This document shows, one piece after another, positions 22,517 through 30,495 of a stretch of 37,442 nucleotides of DNA (position 1 is its first letter; every line of letters begins with the position of its first letter). A model generated the notes under the pieces. That model searched no databases and was not told where the DNA came from. It worked only from the letters and a program-made list of their open reading frames with translations. Where the stretch lies: the NCBI GenBank assembly GCA_035628335.1, contig DASPKA010000048.1:1-37442 (forward strand), written 5' to 3'. The stretch comes from Patescibacteria group bacterium (GTDB taxonomy: Bacteria > Patescibacteriota > Doudnabacteria > UBA920). A program made the position numbers and the translations under genes.

Positions 22517-23236
22517 TTACCTGTACCGCTCTCGCGCGCTTCTGAAAAAGGACGACACTTTGATTGCGGCTTTGCCAGCCATCTCCAGGGTCTGCTCTTC
22601 GTTCTGCGGTCGCTGAAAGCCCACACTCTCTGCCACACCCGGTTTTGTGAAAGAAGACATTACGATAGGAATGGCGTCGATCGTTTCAGCTTCAGACCGT
22701 TCGAGTAAACGTACGTAAGCCTCGGGAGCTACGTCTGGCAACTTGTTGTTCCCCATAAAAATATTGAACAACTCGCTGCGGGCCAGGATATCCTTGTCCG
22801 TTTTGTTGCTTTCGGCCCAAATCCTGACGCCCAAGCTGTAGATTTCAAGAAACAATTCCTTCTGTCCTGGCTTGAGCGTTGTGTAATACTGTGGAACCAA
22901 CAGTGCCGGCTCCTTGGCATTTGCAAGTCCCTTCACCACCTCATTCATGAATAGAAGAAGTGAGATCCCTCCGTAAATCCCCGACCTTGACTCGGGCACG
23001 ACTTTGATCTCATACTGCTTGATAGCACTCATCATCAGCTTTGTCCTTTTCTTTGGATCTATAGCCTTTCCCTTGCTCCCCGAAAGCGATGCCATCGTCT
23101 GCTTCCAGTGAATTTCTAAGTCTTTCTGAAAAGACTTTGTCGTGACCACGCCAGTCTTGTCGGGCTTGTCCTTCACAGGACACGCACAGAGTAAGAGGAC
23201 ACCGACTGCCAGCAAACTAACAGATAACTTTTTCAT
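22517..23236 (-). CDS. Putative lipoprotein (239 aa)
   Basis: MKKLSVSLLAVGVLLLCAC has a lipobox-like L-C-A-C. No recognisable domain. Confidence 0.65.
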   Translation of the reverse strand: MKKLSVSLLAVGVLLLCACPVKDKPDKTGVVTTKSFQKDLEIHWKQTMASLSGSKGKAIDPKKRTKLMMSAIKQYEIKVVPESRSGIYGGISLLLFMNEVVKGLANAKEPALLVPQYYTTLKPGQKELFLEIYSLGVRIWAESNKTDKDILARSELFNIFMGNNKLPDVAPEAYVRLLERSEAETIDAIPIVMSSFTKPGVAESVGFQRPQNEEQTLEMAGKAAIKVSSFFRSARERYR

Positions 23237-23359
23237 CTGATCTCCTTTATTGAGTTGTTGAGTGATCTTACAAGAATGTTATCTTAATATTTTATATATA
23301 TATTAGGCAAGAGATAGTTATTACAATAATACCGCAAAAATGCTATTATTATTGAAAAC

Positions 23360-24658
23360 ATGGTTGATATACTGTTTCAAATACTCATAGTGCTTTTTCT
23401 TACCATTTGTAATGGCCTGTTCAGCTGCGCGGAAATTGCACTCATATCTATACGAAAAAGTAAATACGAGTCTTTAGCCAATGCGGGTAATTCGCGGGCT
23501 AAAATAGTAAAACAACTGCGCTCAGACCCAGAAAGCCTCTTTGCCACCATACAAATAGGCATTTCTTTTATTACCATCCTAGCTTCAGCGTTTGCTGGAG
23601 CAAATATTGCTGGACAAGTTTCTTATGGGCTTTCCTCGCTTGGACTTAATCATTCTGTTTCATATACAGTAAGTTTTATATTAGTAGTACTTAGTGTGGC
23701 ATACTTAAACCTAATACTTGGCGAGCTTGTACCTAAATCACTTGGCTTACGTTACGCAAACACGCTCGCGCTCTATGCCGCACGCCCAATATACTGGATT
23801 GCAAAAATAAGCAAAGGAGCAGTGAAGTTTATAAATACGTCTTCAAACTTATTACTCAAACCATTTAAAGATGCTACGAGCTTTACAGAGTCGAGACTTT
23901 CCCAGGAAGAAATACGATCCATACTAGAAGAAGCAAACCAAGCAGGAACCATAACCCCCCACGAACATGAAATAATAGAAAACGTATTTCAGGTGTCTGA
24001 CCTGCTTGTTAAAAAAATTATGGTGCCGCGTACAAGAATAACCGCACTGGACGTTGACGAGCCTGCTGAAAACAATATTCGATTGGCTATAGAGTCTGGC
24101 TATTCCCGCGTACCAGTTTTCAAAGAGTCGCTCAACAACACAGTAGGAATACTCTATACAAAAAAACTTCTAGGGAAGCTTAACAAAGGCGAGATACAGG
24201 ACCTAAACGAGTTCCTGGTTCCACCCTATTTTGTGCCCAGCAGCATGAAAGCAGTAGATGTGCTCCGTAGACTGCAGCGCAAAAAACTCCACGTAGCAAT
24301 GGTAACTGACGAACATGGGGAAGTTGAGGGTCTGGTTACACTGGAAGACATCCTGGAAGAACTGGTAGGAGATATTGCAGACGAAACTGACGAAGGAACG
24401 CAGGCCCAAGTCTGGGAGCAAGATGGTAAGTCTCTAGTCTCTGGAAGTATATCTATAGTAGACTTCAACAAGCACTTTGGCTCTGACATTCCTGAAGACG
24501 AACAGTATACTACTTTGAGTGGTTTTATATCCCACACGCTTGGCCGTTTCCCTGTTTTGGAAGAAACGGTAACCCATGGAGGTTTTAGTATTACGGTGAT
24601 TGAACGCACACAACGTACCGTTAAGACGGCCCACATAAAGAAACATGACACTCATTAG
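23360..24658 (+). CDS. CorC/HlyC (CNNM/DUF21-CBS-CorC_HlyC) family transporter-associated protein
   Basis: DUF21 membrane domain with GELVPKSLG, a CBS pair (IMVPRTRI...VPVF; HVAMVTDEHGEVEGLVTLEDILEELVG) and a C-terminal CorC_HlyC-like domain. Confidence 0.9.
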   Translation: MVDILFQILIVLFLTICNGLFSCAEIALISIRKSKYESLANAGNSRAKIVKQLRSDPESLFATIQIGISFITILASAFAGANIAGQVSYGLSSLGLNHSVSYTVSFILVVLSVAYLNLILGELVPKSLGLRYANTLALYAARPIYWIAKISKGAVKFINTSSNLLLKPFKDATSFTESRLSQEEIRSILEEANQAGTITPHEHEIIENVFQVSDLLVKKIMVPRTRITALDVDEPAENNIRLAIESGYSRVPVFKESLNNTVGILYTKKLLGKLNKGEIQDLNEFLVPPYFVPSSMKAVDVLRRLQRKKLHVAMVTDEHGEVEGLVTLEDILEELVGDIADETDEGTQAQVWEQDGKSLVSGSISIVDFNKHFGSDIPEDEQYTTLSGFISHTLGRFPVLEETVTHGGFSITVIERTQRTVKTAHIKKHDTH

Positions 24659-25790
24659 TAAAATTCGCAAAGTACAACAAGCACTCTCGCCCTACAAACC
24701 TTTGGTATGGGTTGAGGTTTCAAAAAGCGCTATTATACATAACTACAAAGTTTTCAAAAATCTTGCTGAACCAGCTGGGCTTGCCCCGGTTATTAAAAGT
24801 AATGCCTATGGCCATGGCCTAACGAACATTGCGGCACTCTTAGAGCCCGAATTACCATCTTTTTTTGCTATAGATAGTTTGCGTGAAGCACTATTGCTGC
24901 GTGGTGCTGGGATAAAAACCAAGGTTTTGGTCATGGGATTTGTGAATATAGAAAACATAAACAATTATAAATTAAAAGATGTGAGTATTGCCATAACTGG
25001 ACTGGACCAGCTACGAGAAATAGCCTCACTCCTTAAACACACCCAAACATTTCAAATTAAACTTGACACTGGTTTGCACCGCCAGGGTCTGCTTCGCAAC
25101 GAACTCCCAACCGCATTTAAGATAATAGACATGAATCCTAAAATTCAGATCGAAGGTGCATTTTCTCACTTAGCAGACGCGGACAGTGAAGATTCGGTGC
25201 ATGCAAAAAAACAAATCGAAGAATGGAACTCGGGCCTTGCTGAACTGGAAGCCCACTTTGGAAAGCTCACATACACTCACCTTGCTGCAACCGCCGGCTC
25301 ACACTACTCTGGAATTAATGCAAATACGCTGCGGCTTGGAATTGGTTTGTATGGGATAGACGACCCCGCTGAAGGCAGTACACTTGGGCTAAAACCTGCA
25401 CTTGAACTAAAAACTTTTATAACTTCGCTACGCGATCTTCAGCCTGGCGAGTTTGTAGGTTATAACATCACCTTTAAAGCTGAACGCTTAACCAAAGTTG
25501 CAACGCTTCCGCTCGGGTATAATGAAGGTGTGGACCGTAGAGCTTCTAACAATGGATTTGTAAAAATTCGCGACTACCTCTGTCCCATAATCGGCCGTGT
25601 GTCAATGAACATGATTAGCGTAGACGTAACCGATGTTCCAGAAGTGGCGATAGAAGAAATTGCCACAGTGATAAGTGGAAAGTCAAAAGACCCTAATTCA
25701 GTTGTTAACACAGCTTCACTACTAGGCACTATACAACGAGAAGTTTTAGTACGCATCCCTGCCCACCTACGCCGCACCATGGTAAAGTAA
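24645..25790 (+). CDS. alr: Alanine racemase
   Basis: PLP-lysine motif PVIKSNAYGHGL, plus SHLADAD, RLGIGLYG and VSMNMISVDV. It overlaps the upstream gene by 14 nt. Confidence 0.9.
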   Translation: MTLISKIRKVQQALSPYKPLVWVEVSKSAIIHNYKVFKNLAEPAGLAPVIKSNAYGHGLTNIAALLEPELPSFFAIDSLREALLLRGAGIKTKVLVMGFVNIENINNYKLKDVSIAITGLDQLREIASLLKHTQTFQIKLDTGLHRQGLLRNELPTAFKIIDMNPKIQIEGAFSHLADADSEDSVHAKKQIEEWNSGLAELEAHFGKLTYTHLAATAGSHYSGINANTLRLGIGLYGIDDPAEGSTLGLKPALELKTFITSLRDLQPGEFVGYNITFKAERLTKVATLPLGYNEGVDRRASNNGFVKIRDYLCPIIGRVSMNMISVDVTDVPEVAIEEIATVISGKSKDPNSVVNTASLLGTIQREVLVRIPAHLRRTMVK

Positions 25791-25837
25791 ATCTCCTGAC
25801 CGCGTGCAAGACACAGTCAGGAGTTTCAGAGTAATGC

Positions 25838-26497
25838 TTAACCGAAATATTGAAAATAATCGGCTGAGTAGATTGTAGTTCCTACATCTCGCGTGTAGGG
25901 CATGGTGGGGTATGTGACGAATTTAGAAGACCTCATCCATCGCGGCCACCGCACAACGATTGGCCCTGGGACCACATTCCCATCCGAATCGAACTTCAGA
26001 AAGGGAAACGAGATGGTTGGCCAATCTACCTCTTTACTTGGGGCAAACTCAATCTGGTGGGGGTATTTCTGAAGATCAAGCTCAAGCGAAGGCCCACCTT
26101 CATCTTTCCAGTGACTCTCAAGTGAAATTTGCCAAGCAACAACCTTACTTTCCCTATTCTCGCCCAATATAAGATGACAGTCGTTGCTTTTAAAGCTCAA
26201 CTCGAACTTGCGGTAGCGCTCCTTAGTTTCCGCAACATGGTCACGCAGTCGCTTACGAGCACTTAACTTGTACAGCATATGCGCGATCAGCAGGCAGACA
26301 ATAAATATAGCAACCGCTCCGGCGAGCCCTAGAAACGTAGGCGAAAAGTAGACCATACTAATCGCCAGAAGAACAGCGACAATCCTGACAAGGCTACTAC
26401 CATTACCACTCGCAGAGTCAATCTGTTGACGAGAGAATGTGGTATAAAAGCCCATTGCCTTTGCAATCTGCTTATCATAACTTGTAGTTGAAATCAT
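25838..26497 (-). CDS. Hypothetical membrane protein (219 aa)
   Basis: Start moved to ATG 26495-26497 (SD aaggagg 4 nt upstream). Two TM helices, then a soluble domain. Confidence 0.65.
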   Translation of the reverse strand: MISTTSYDKQIAKAMGFYTTFSRQQIDSASGNGSSLVRIVAVLLAISMVYFSPTFLGLAGAVAIFIVCLLIAHMLYKLSARKRLRDHVAETKERYRKFELSFKSNDCHLILGENRESKVVAWQISLESHWKDEGGPSLELDLQKYPHQIEFAPSKEVDWPTISFPFLKFDSDGNVVPGPIVVRWPRWMRSSKFVTYPTMPYTRDVGTTIYSADYFQYFG

Positions 26498-26581
26498 AAG
26501 CCTCCTTATCTGCAAGTAACTAAAAAAGATTCTGAAAATTGCGTTTGATATACTATAAAATAATTATAAAAAAAGTCAAAA

Positions 26582-27280
26582 GTGGAAAATTACACATACT
26601 CATACTTAATTAGTACGGTATTCATGCTTATAGCGTGGCTTATATTGTATTGGTGGAGACCTGACACCAGGAAGCAGATGCTAGTCATGTCCGGAATATT
26701 TGCCCTGGGAGGGCCTATCGCAGAGGTACTTATGTTGCGGGACTGGTGGTCACCTCAGTTTGTTTTTAATTTACCGCTTACTATTGAAGACTTACTTACA
26801 GCAGCGAGTATAGGCGGGATTGCAAGTGTAATTTACCTGGAAGTCTTCAGGAGGAAACTTAAACTTCATAAAATTTCCAGAGTTGCAAAACGAGCAAGGA
26901 CCTTGCACGTTTTCTACTTGCTTATGTTTTCGATTGTTATATACTTTGGTACTTACTTTGTCTTAGGTTTCAACAGTCTCTGGGCTAATGTTGCTGCTTG
27001 TGCTGTTCCAGCGGTGATAATTTTCTGTTTTAGGAAGGACCTGATTACAGTGGGTGTTGCTAGCGGACTTCTTTTGATTCCACTTATAATGCTCTCATAT
27101 TTTTTCACAGAACTACTGACCCCAGGTTGGATACACACTTTCTGGCATTTTAAAAACACACCACGGATAGTCCTTGGAGCTGTTCCCCTAGATGACATTC
27201 TGTGGTATTTTTTCGCTGGACTGTTTCTTGGTCCTTTATATGAGTTTTGGGAAAAAGCAAAAATAGAAAAAGCGCGATGA
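26582..27280 (+). CDS. Polytopic membrane protein, possibly of the lycopene-cyclase-domain family
   Basis: GTG start. About 6-7 TM helices. Two P-L-x-x-E/D-D-like motifs (LPLTIEDLL, VPLDDILWYF) recall the lycopene cyclase domain. The family assignment is tentative. Confidence 0.45.
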   Translation: MENYTYSYLISTVFMLIAWLILYWWRPDTRKQMLVMSGIFALGGPIAEVLMLRDWWSPQFVFNLPLTIEDLLTAASIGGIASVIYLEVFRRKLKLHKISRVAKRARTLHVFYLLMFSIVIYFGTYFVLGFNSLWANVAACAVPAVIIFCFRKDLITVGVASGLLLIPLIMLSYFFTELLTPGWIHTFWHFKNTPRIVLGAVPLDDILWYFFAGLFLGPLYEFWEKAKIEKAR

Positions 27281-27311
27281 AGATTACTTCTTCAATGCGC
27301 CTTTTTTAGTT

Positions 27312-27557
27312 TCACGGCCACTGCGTGCTGAGGGCTATATAAAGGCCAATCCAGACCCCTGCGGCTATGCCACCATAGTAAACCAATCGAGCAGGTACCT
27401 CGTGCGGATGGCCTACCATCTCCACCTCATGCCGCTTGGCCTCTTCATTCTTTTGGTAGTACTCCAAAAAGATAAACCGAGAAATAACAGCGCCTGCCAT
27501 ACCCCCAACTAACGTGCAAATTATCAAAACTGCCGCTTGCAATACTAATGTTTTCAT
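27312..27557 (-). CDS. Small membrane protein (81 aa)
   Basis: SD gaggagg 4 nt before ATG 27555-27557. Two hydrophobic helices flank a His/Glu-rich loop. Confidence 0.6.
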   Translation of the reverse strand: MKTLVLQAAVLIICTLVGGMAGAVISRFIFLEYYQKNEEAKRHEVEMVGHPHEVPARLVYYGGIAAGVWIGLYIALSTQWP

Positions 27558-27607
27558 CACACCTCCTCTAAAGAGGAGTATAAAATTATTTTAAAAAATT
27601 ATAAATG

Positions 27608-27636
27608 TTGACCCAAACTACATTTTAAGGTATAAT
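27608..27636 (+). promoter_or_regulatory. Sigma70-type promoter of tRNA-His
   Basis: ttgacc (27608-27613), 17 nt, tataat (27631-27636). The tRNA starts 24 nt downstream. Confidence 0.75.
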
Positions 27637-27659
27637 CTGTAGAGTATTTCATACGATAT

Positions 27660-27734
27660 GGTGCCCGTAGTTTAATGGTAGAACGCAGCTCTGTGAAAGC
27701 TGTCGCGGGAGTTCGATTCTCCTCGGGCACCCCA
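27660..27734 (+). tRNA. tRNA-His (anticodon GTG) with encoded G-1 and CCA
   Basis: Hand-folded. Acceptor gtgcccg/cgggcac. G-1 (27660) lies opposite C73. D arm gttt-aatggta-gaac. Anticodon stem cagct/agctg with loop ctGTGaa. T arm gggag-ttcgatt-ctcct. 3' CCA at 27732-27734. Confidence 0.93.
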
Positions 27735-27737
27735 CAC

Positions 27738-27768
27738 AAAAACACTAGGGTAATGCTAGTGTTTTTGT
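27738..27768 (+). terminator. Rho-independent terminator after tRNA-His
   Basis: aaaaacactag-ggtaatg-ctagtgttttt followed by gtt. Confidence 0.75.
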
Positions 27769-28067
27769 TATGCACAAGACAAGTTTTAACTATATATATT
27801 TTAGTGCTTTTTTTAATGAAAACACCACATTATAGAGAAATGAAAATATTATTTGTGGTGTTGTTAGACACGATAACGACGGCGGCCTTTGTTTTCATGG
27901 CGAATGTGTTCTAAAATAGTTTTTATAATCTCTATATTGCATCCAAATATAATACATTAATTACAACATACTTCAAGCTTTTACAAAGGCCGCCGTTGTT
28001 GGGCTTGGTGCAAAAGCATAGCCTAATTTTAGGACCTAAACTAAGGTAAAAAAAGATCTTCTCAGCC

Positions 28068-28865
28068 TCAGCTTCGAAGACCTTTAGTCAGTCGACTTAT
28101 CCGTTTCTCATAGGATGGGTGACTTGTAACAGGGAACCTCAGGGGTATTCCCAGAAATGTATAGGGGCTTGCAAAGAAATTCTGGATTGTCAGGTAGGAT
28201 CTTAAATTCTTCAGGTTTTCCTCACTCTTGCTCGCACAGTAGTCATCCGCATCACACTCCTGCAGATAGCGTATTCCTGCATCGAAATATTTCAACAGAA
28301 CAAACCATGCTGCATAGAATCCCAACTCTTTCGCGCCAAAGCTAAATGAAACAATGCTCACTAAAACACAAAAAATCAGAAATGCGAATGCTTTAGTTTT
28401 GCTTGGCAATCGCTTGCCTCGATCTATAACTGGAAAGATGACATTCCAGGTCAACACCTCAAGCAAGATGCTTAAAGAGATGCATCGTACCAGATTAAAC
28501 ACCCACACATGCCTTAACCGAATGTGACCAAGTTCGTGGTCTACTAACGAGTCTACGAGACTGGGGAAAGTTTCCAAAGTCAAGCGATTGATCATAATCA
28601 AATCAGAACGACCCCATATTCCCGGTATACCACATGTGCGGCCTGTTTCACTTACTCGCAGTTCAAACGTCCTATCTGAACAGCTATCTGTTAAAAGCTC
28701 GGAGGTATTTAGGACGTACCGATACGCCCGAAAGTACCCAGCTAGGCTAAAGTATCCCGAAATCACCAATCCTACTGCATACACTGCGAAGGGCATTTCT
28801 AGAACCCAAAGTATATACAGTATATTTGCTATTAACGCAAAAGCCGCAAAAATTGTGCTTTTCAT
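28068..28865 (-). CDS. Membrane zinc metalloprotease-like protein (HExxH, M48/M56-like)
   Basis: Start moved to ATG 28863-28865 (SD aaaggaggagg). Motif DHELGHIRLRH. Several TM helices lie on both sides of the motif. Confidence 0.65.
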   Translation of the reverse strand: MKSTIFAAFALIANILYILWVLEMPFAVYAVGLVISGYFSLAGYFRAYRYVLNTSELLTDSCSDRTFELRVSETGRTCGIPGIWGRSDLIMINRLTLETFPSLVDSLVDHELGHIRLRHVWVFNLVRCISLSILLEVLTWNVIFPVIDRGKRLPSKTKAFAFLIFCVLVSIVSFSFGAKELGFYAAWFVLLKYFDAGIRYLQECDADDYCASKSEENLKNLRSYLTIQNFFASPYTFLGIPLRFPVTSHPSYEKRISRLTKGLRS

Positions 28866-29200
28866 ATCCTCCTCCTTTGGCAAAAGTATAACCTAATCAT
28901 CCTGTCTAGGAAATACTTCTGTAAAAAAGCATGCTCGGTAACGGGCACGCTTTTAAGTCTCGCATAATAACCTGAGTTGTTTAGTCAAAAGTCCAACTGG
29001 CAGCCTGGTCCTCCCTTATGCGTCATTGAATGCTATTTTATCCCGCAAATAAGCGAAAAAGATAGTCGGCACGTCAGTAGATTTCGTACACCCACCTGAG
29101 GTTAGCTTGGTCCATGAAGCTTCCTTATTTTCAGGATCAACGACCAGACCCGCGTCCGAGACAAGCTGAGCTAGGGAATACTATTTTTGGGCGATACTAT

Positions 29201-29231
29201 AAAAAAATAGGACGCACAAATCTGTGCGTCC
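29201..29231 (-). terminator. Rho-independent terminator after 29243-29551
   Basis: ggacgcaca-aatc-tgtgcgtcc. On the minus strand the stem is followed by ta-ttttttt. Confidence 0.8.
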
Positions 29232-29242
29232 CTTGTTCGGAT

Positions 29243-29551
29243 TTAGCCCTTACGGGCCATCCTCCAGTTTGCTAGGGTTTCAAAGTAGTTTTTCCGTTGG
29301 CAATCAACAGAGCAAAATACTCTGTCTCCCATCCCTTTCTTGTTGAACTTCAAGAGCAGCGCAGTATCGCCTACGTGCAGGGGCTTGCAACACTCTTCGC
29401 ACGGAACAAAATCTTTTTTTGTCCTTGCATAAGCGTCAAGCATTTTCATCCTGCCGCGGGAAACTCTGCGTGCCCAGCTGACCAGCTTGCGGTCAACTGT
29501 AACCTCTAGGGCTTCTTGATTCTCTCTTAAAAAGGGTTTCAAATTCTCCAT
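29243..29551 (-). CDS. Small zinc-ribbon protein (102 aa) with FCS/TRASH-like Cys pattern
   Basis: CEECC...(about 25 aa)...FCSVDC, i.e. CxxC plus an FCS-type CxxxC. Confidence 0.6.
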   Translation of the reverse strand: MENLKPFLRENQEALEVTVDRKLVSWARRVSRGRMKMLDAYARTKKDFVPCEECCKPLHVGDTALLLKFNKKGMGDRVFCSVDCQRKNYFETLANWRMARKG

Positions 29552-29694
29552 CTTGGTTTCTTTTCTTTGAGAAGCCGGTCCTCGGTCTTCCCGTTACGCC
29601 TAGAACGTGGGGCCTTTCGGCCTTACCGGCTAGGCAATATTGAACTTGCGGCTGCAACAAGTGCAAACTTCGCTGGCTTGAAGCCCCGCTTTTA

Positions 29695-29709
29695 GCAAGA
29701 TGAGAATAA
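29695..29709 (-). promoter_or_regulatory. Conserved 15-nt box TTATTCTCATCTTGC (copy 1) at the predicted transcript start
   Basis: Identical 15-mer at 30381-30395. Both copies lie 3-4 nt downstream of a predicted -10. Both are followed 17-18 nt later by CCAGCGAA (29669-29676 and 30356-30363). Confidence 0.6.
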
Positions 29710-29712
29710 AGT

Positions 29713-29741
29713 ACCATATCATAAAAAATAGTTTCTGTCAA
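29713..29741 (-). promoter_or_regulatory. Sigma70-type promoter for 29243-29551
   Basis: Minus strand: ttgaca (29736-29741), 17 nt, tatggt (29713-29718). Confidence 0.55.
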
Positions 29742-29743
29742 TA

Positions 29744-29781
29744 ACAAAAAAAGAACCAATTATCGGAACGATACTGGTTCT
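29744..29781 (-). terminator. Rho-independent terminator after 29789-30265
   Basis: agaacca (29752-29758)/tggttct (29775-29781). On the minus strand it is followed by tttttttgtt. Confidence 0.65.
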
Positions 29782-29788
29782 TTTGCTC

Positions 29789-30265
29789 TTACGTTTTACT
29801 GTCTTGAAGATCCCACCGCCGAAGAACCTCAAACATAATTGCAGCGCCGTACAGAAATTCATCCCCTGCAAAAACGCTCATGCCTACCATTGCGTCTCCC
29901 AATCCCTTTACCCTGGTTTGCAGTAGCATTGCAGCTGCTATGGTGAAATCTTCTTCTTGTGCATAAGCGTGTATAATCCCCTGGACAAAGCTTGGGGTCA
30001 TTGAAGTAAGAGTTGTTTTTATCCACTCCCTAACCAACACTTCCTTCTCGCCTATTTGAAAAAATATGCCCAGTAACCATCGTGCGCCGTCTTCGATAAC
30101 AAAATGTTGCGAGCCTAGCACATCCATAAAAACTCGTAATTCTGAAGCAGAGTATGCTTGGGTTGCACGATCCATAAAGCCTTGCATGTCTTGCCTAAAC
30201 TCAAGGGCAATCCTATTGCTAAATGCCTTGTCATTTAGTTTCGATGACGCTTCAAGTAGATTCAT
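29789..30265 (-). CDS. Hypothetical protein (158 aa)
   Basis: SD ttaggagg. No recognisable motif. Confidence 0.6.
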   Translation of the reverse strand: MNLLEASSKLNDKAFSNRIALEFRQDMQGFMDRATQAYSASELRVFMDVLGSQHFVIEDGARWLLGIFFQIGEKEVLVREWIKTTLTSMTPSFVQGIIHAYAQEEDFTIAAAMLLQTRVKGLGDAMVGMSVFAGDEFLYGAAIMFEVLRRWDLQDSKT

Positions 30266-30380
30266 TTTTCCTCCTAAATTAATGGGTATTTCTACCCATC
30301 ATATCATAAACTAGCTTATTGTTTCGACTAGTCTCATCTGCCGTAAAATGTTAGTTTCGCTGGTTTAACACTTTGATTGT

Positions 30381-30395
30381 GCAAGATGAGAATAA
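30381..30395 (-). promoter_or_regulatory. Conserved 15-nt box TTATTCTCATCTTGC (copy 2)
   Basis: See copy 1. It is preceded by ttgaca (30423-30428), 17 nt, ttacat (30400-30405) on the minus strand. Confidence 0.6.
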
Positions 30396-30495
30396 TGCAA
30401 TGTAACCTAAAATATTCTACTATGTCAATTGCCAAAAATTCATTAATATTGTTAAATATTAGATCTGTAGAACAACTAAGTAAAGGAGATTTTGA

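Noticed and set aside
27675-27914. 79-aa plus-strand ORF overlapping tRNA-His.
   Set aside because: Its 5' part is the tRNA and its terminator. Only the distal hydrophobic tail is discussed, as a low-confidence finding.
29148-29157. ggacgcgggt on the minus strand, resembling the tmRNA/tRNA-like T-arm start.
   Set aside because: The TTCGA loop and the complementary acceptor sequence do not follow, and there is no tag reading frame.
29493-29759. 88-aa minus-strand ORF across the leader of the zinc-ribbon gene.
   Set aside because: It starts upstream of the predicted -35, has no SD and overlaps the downstream CDS. The region is better explained as promoter plus structured 5' UTR.
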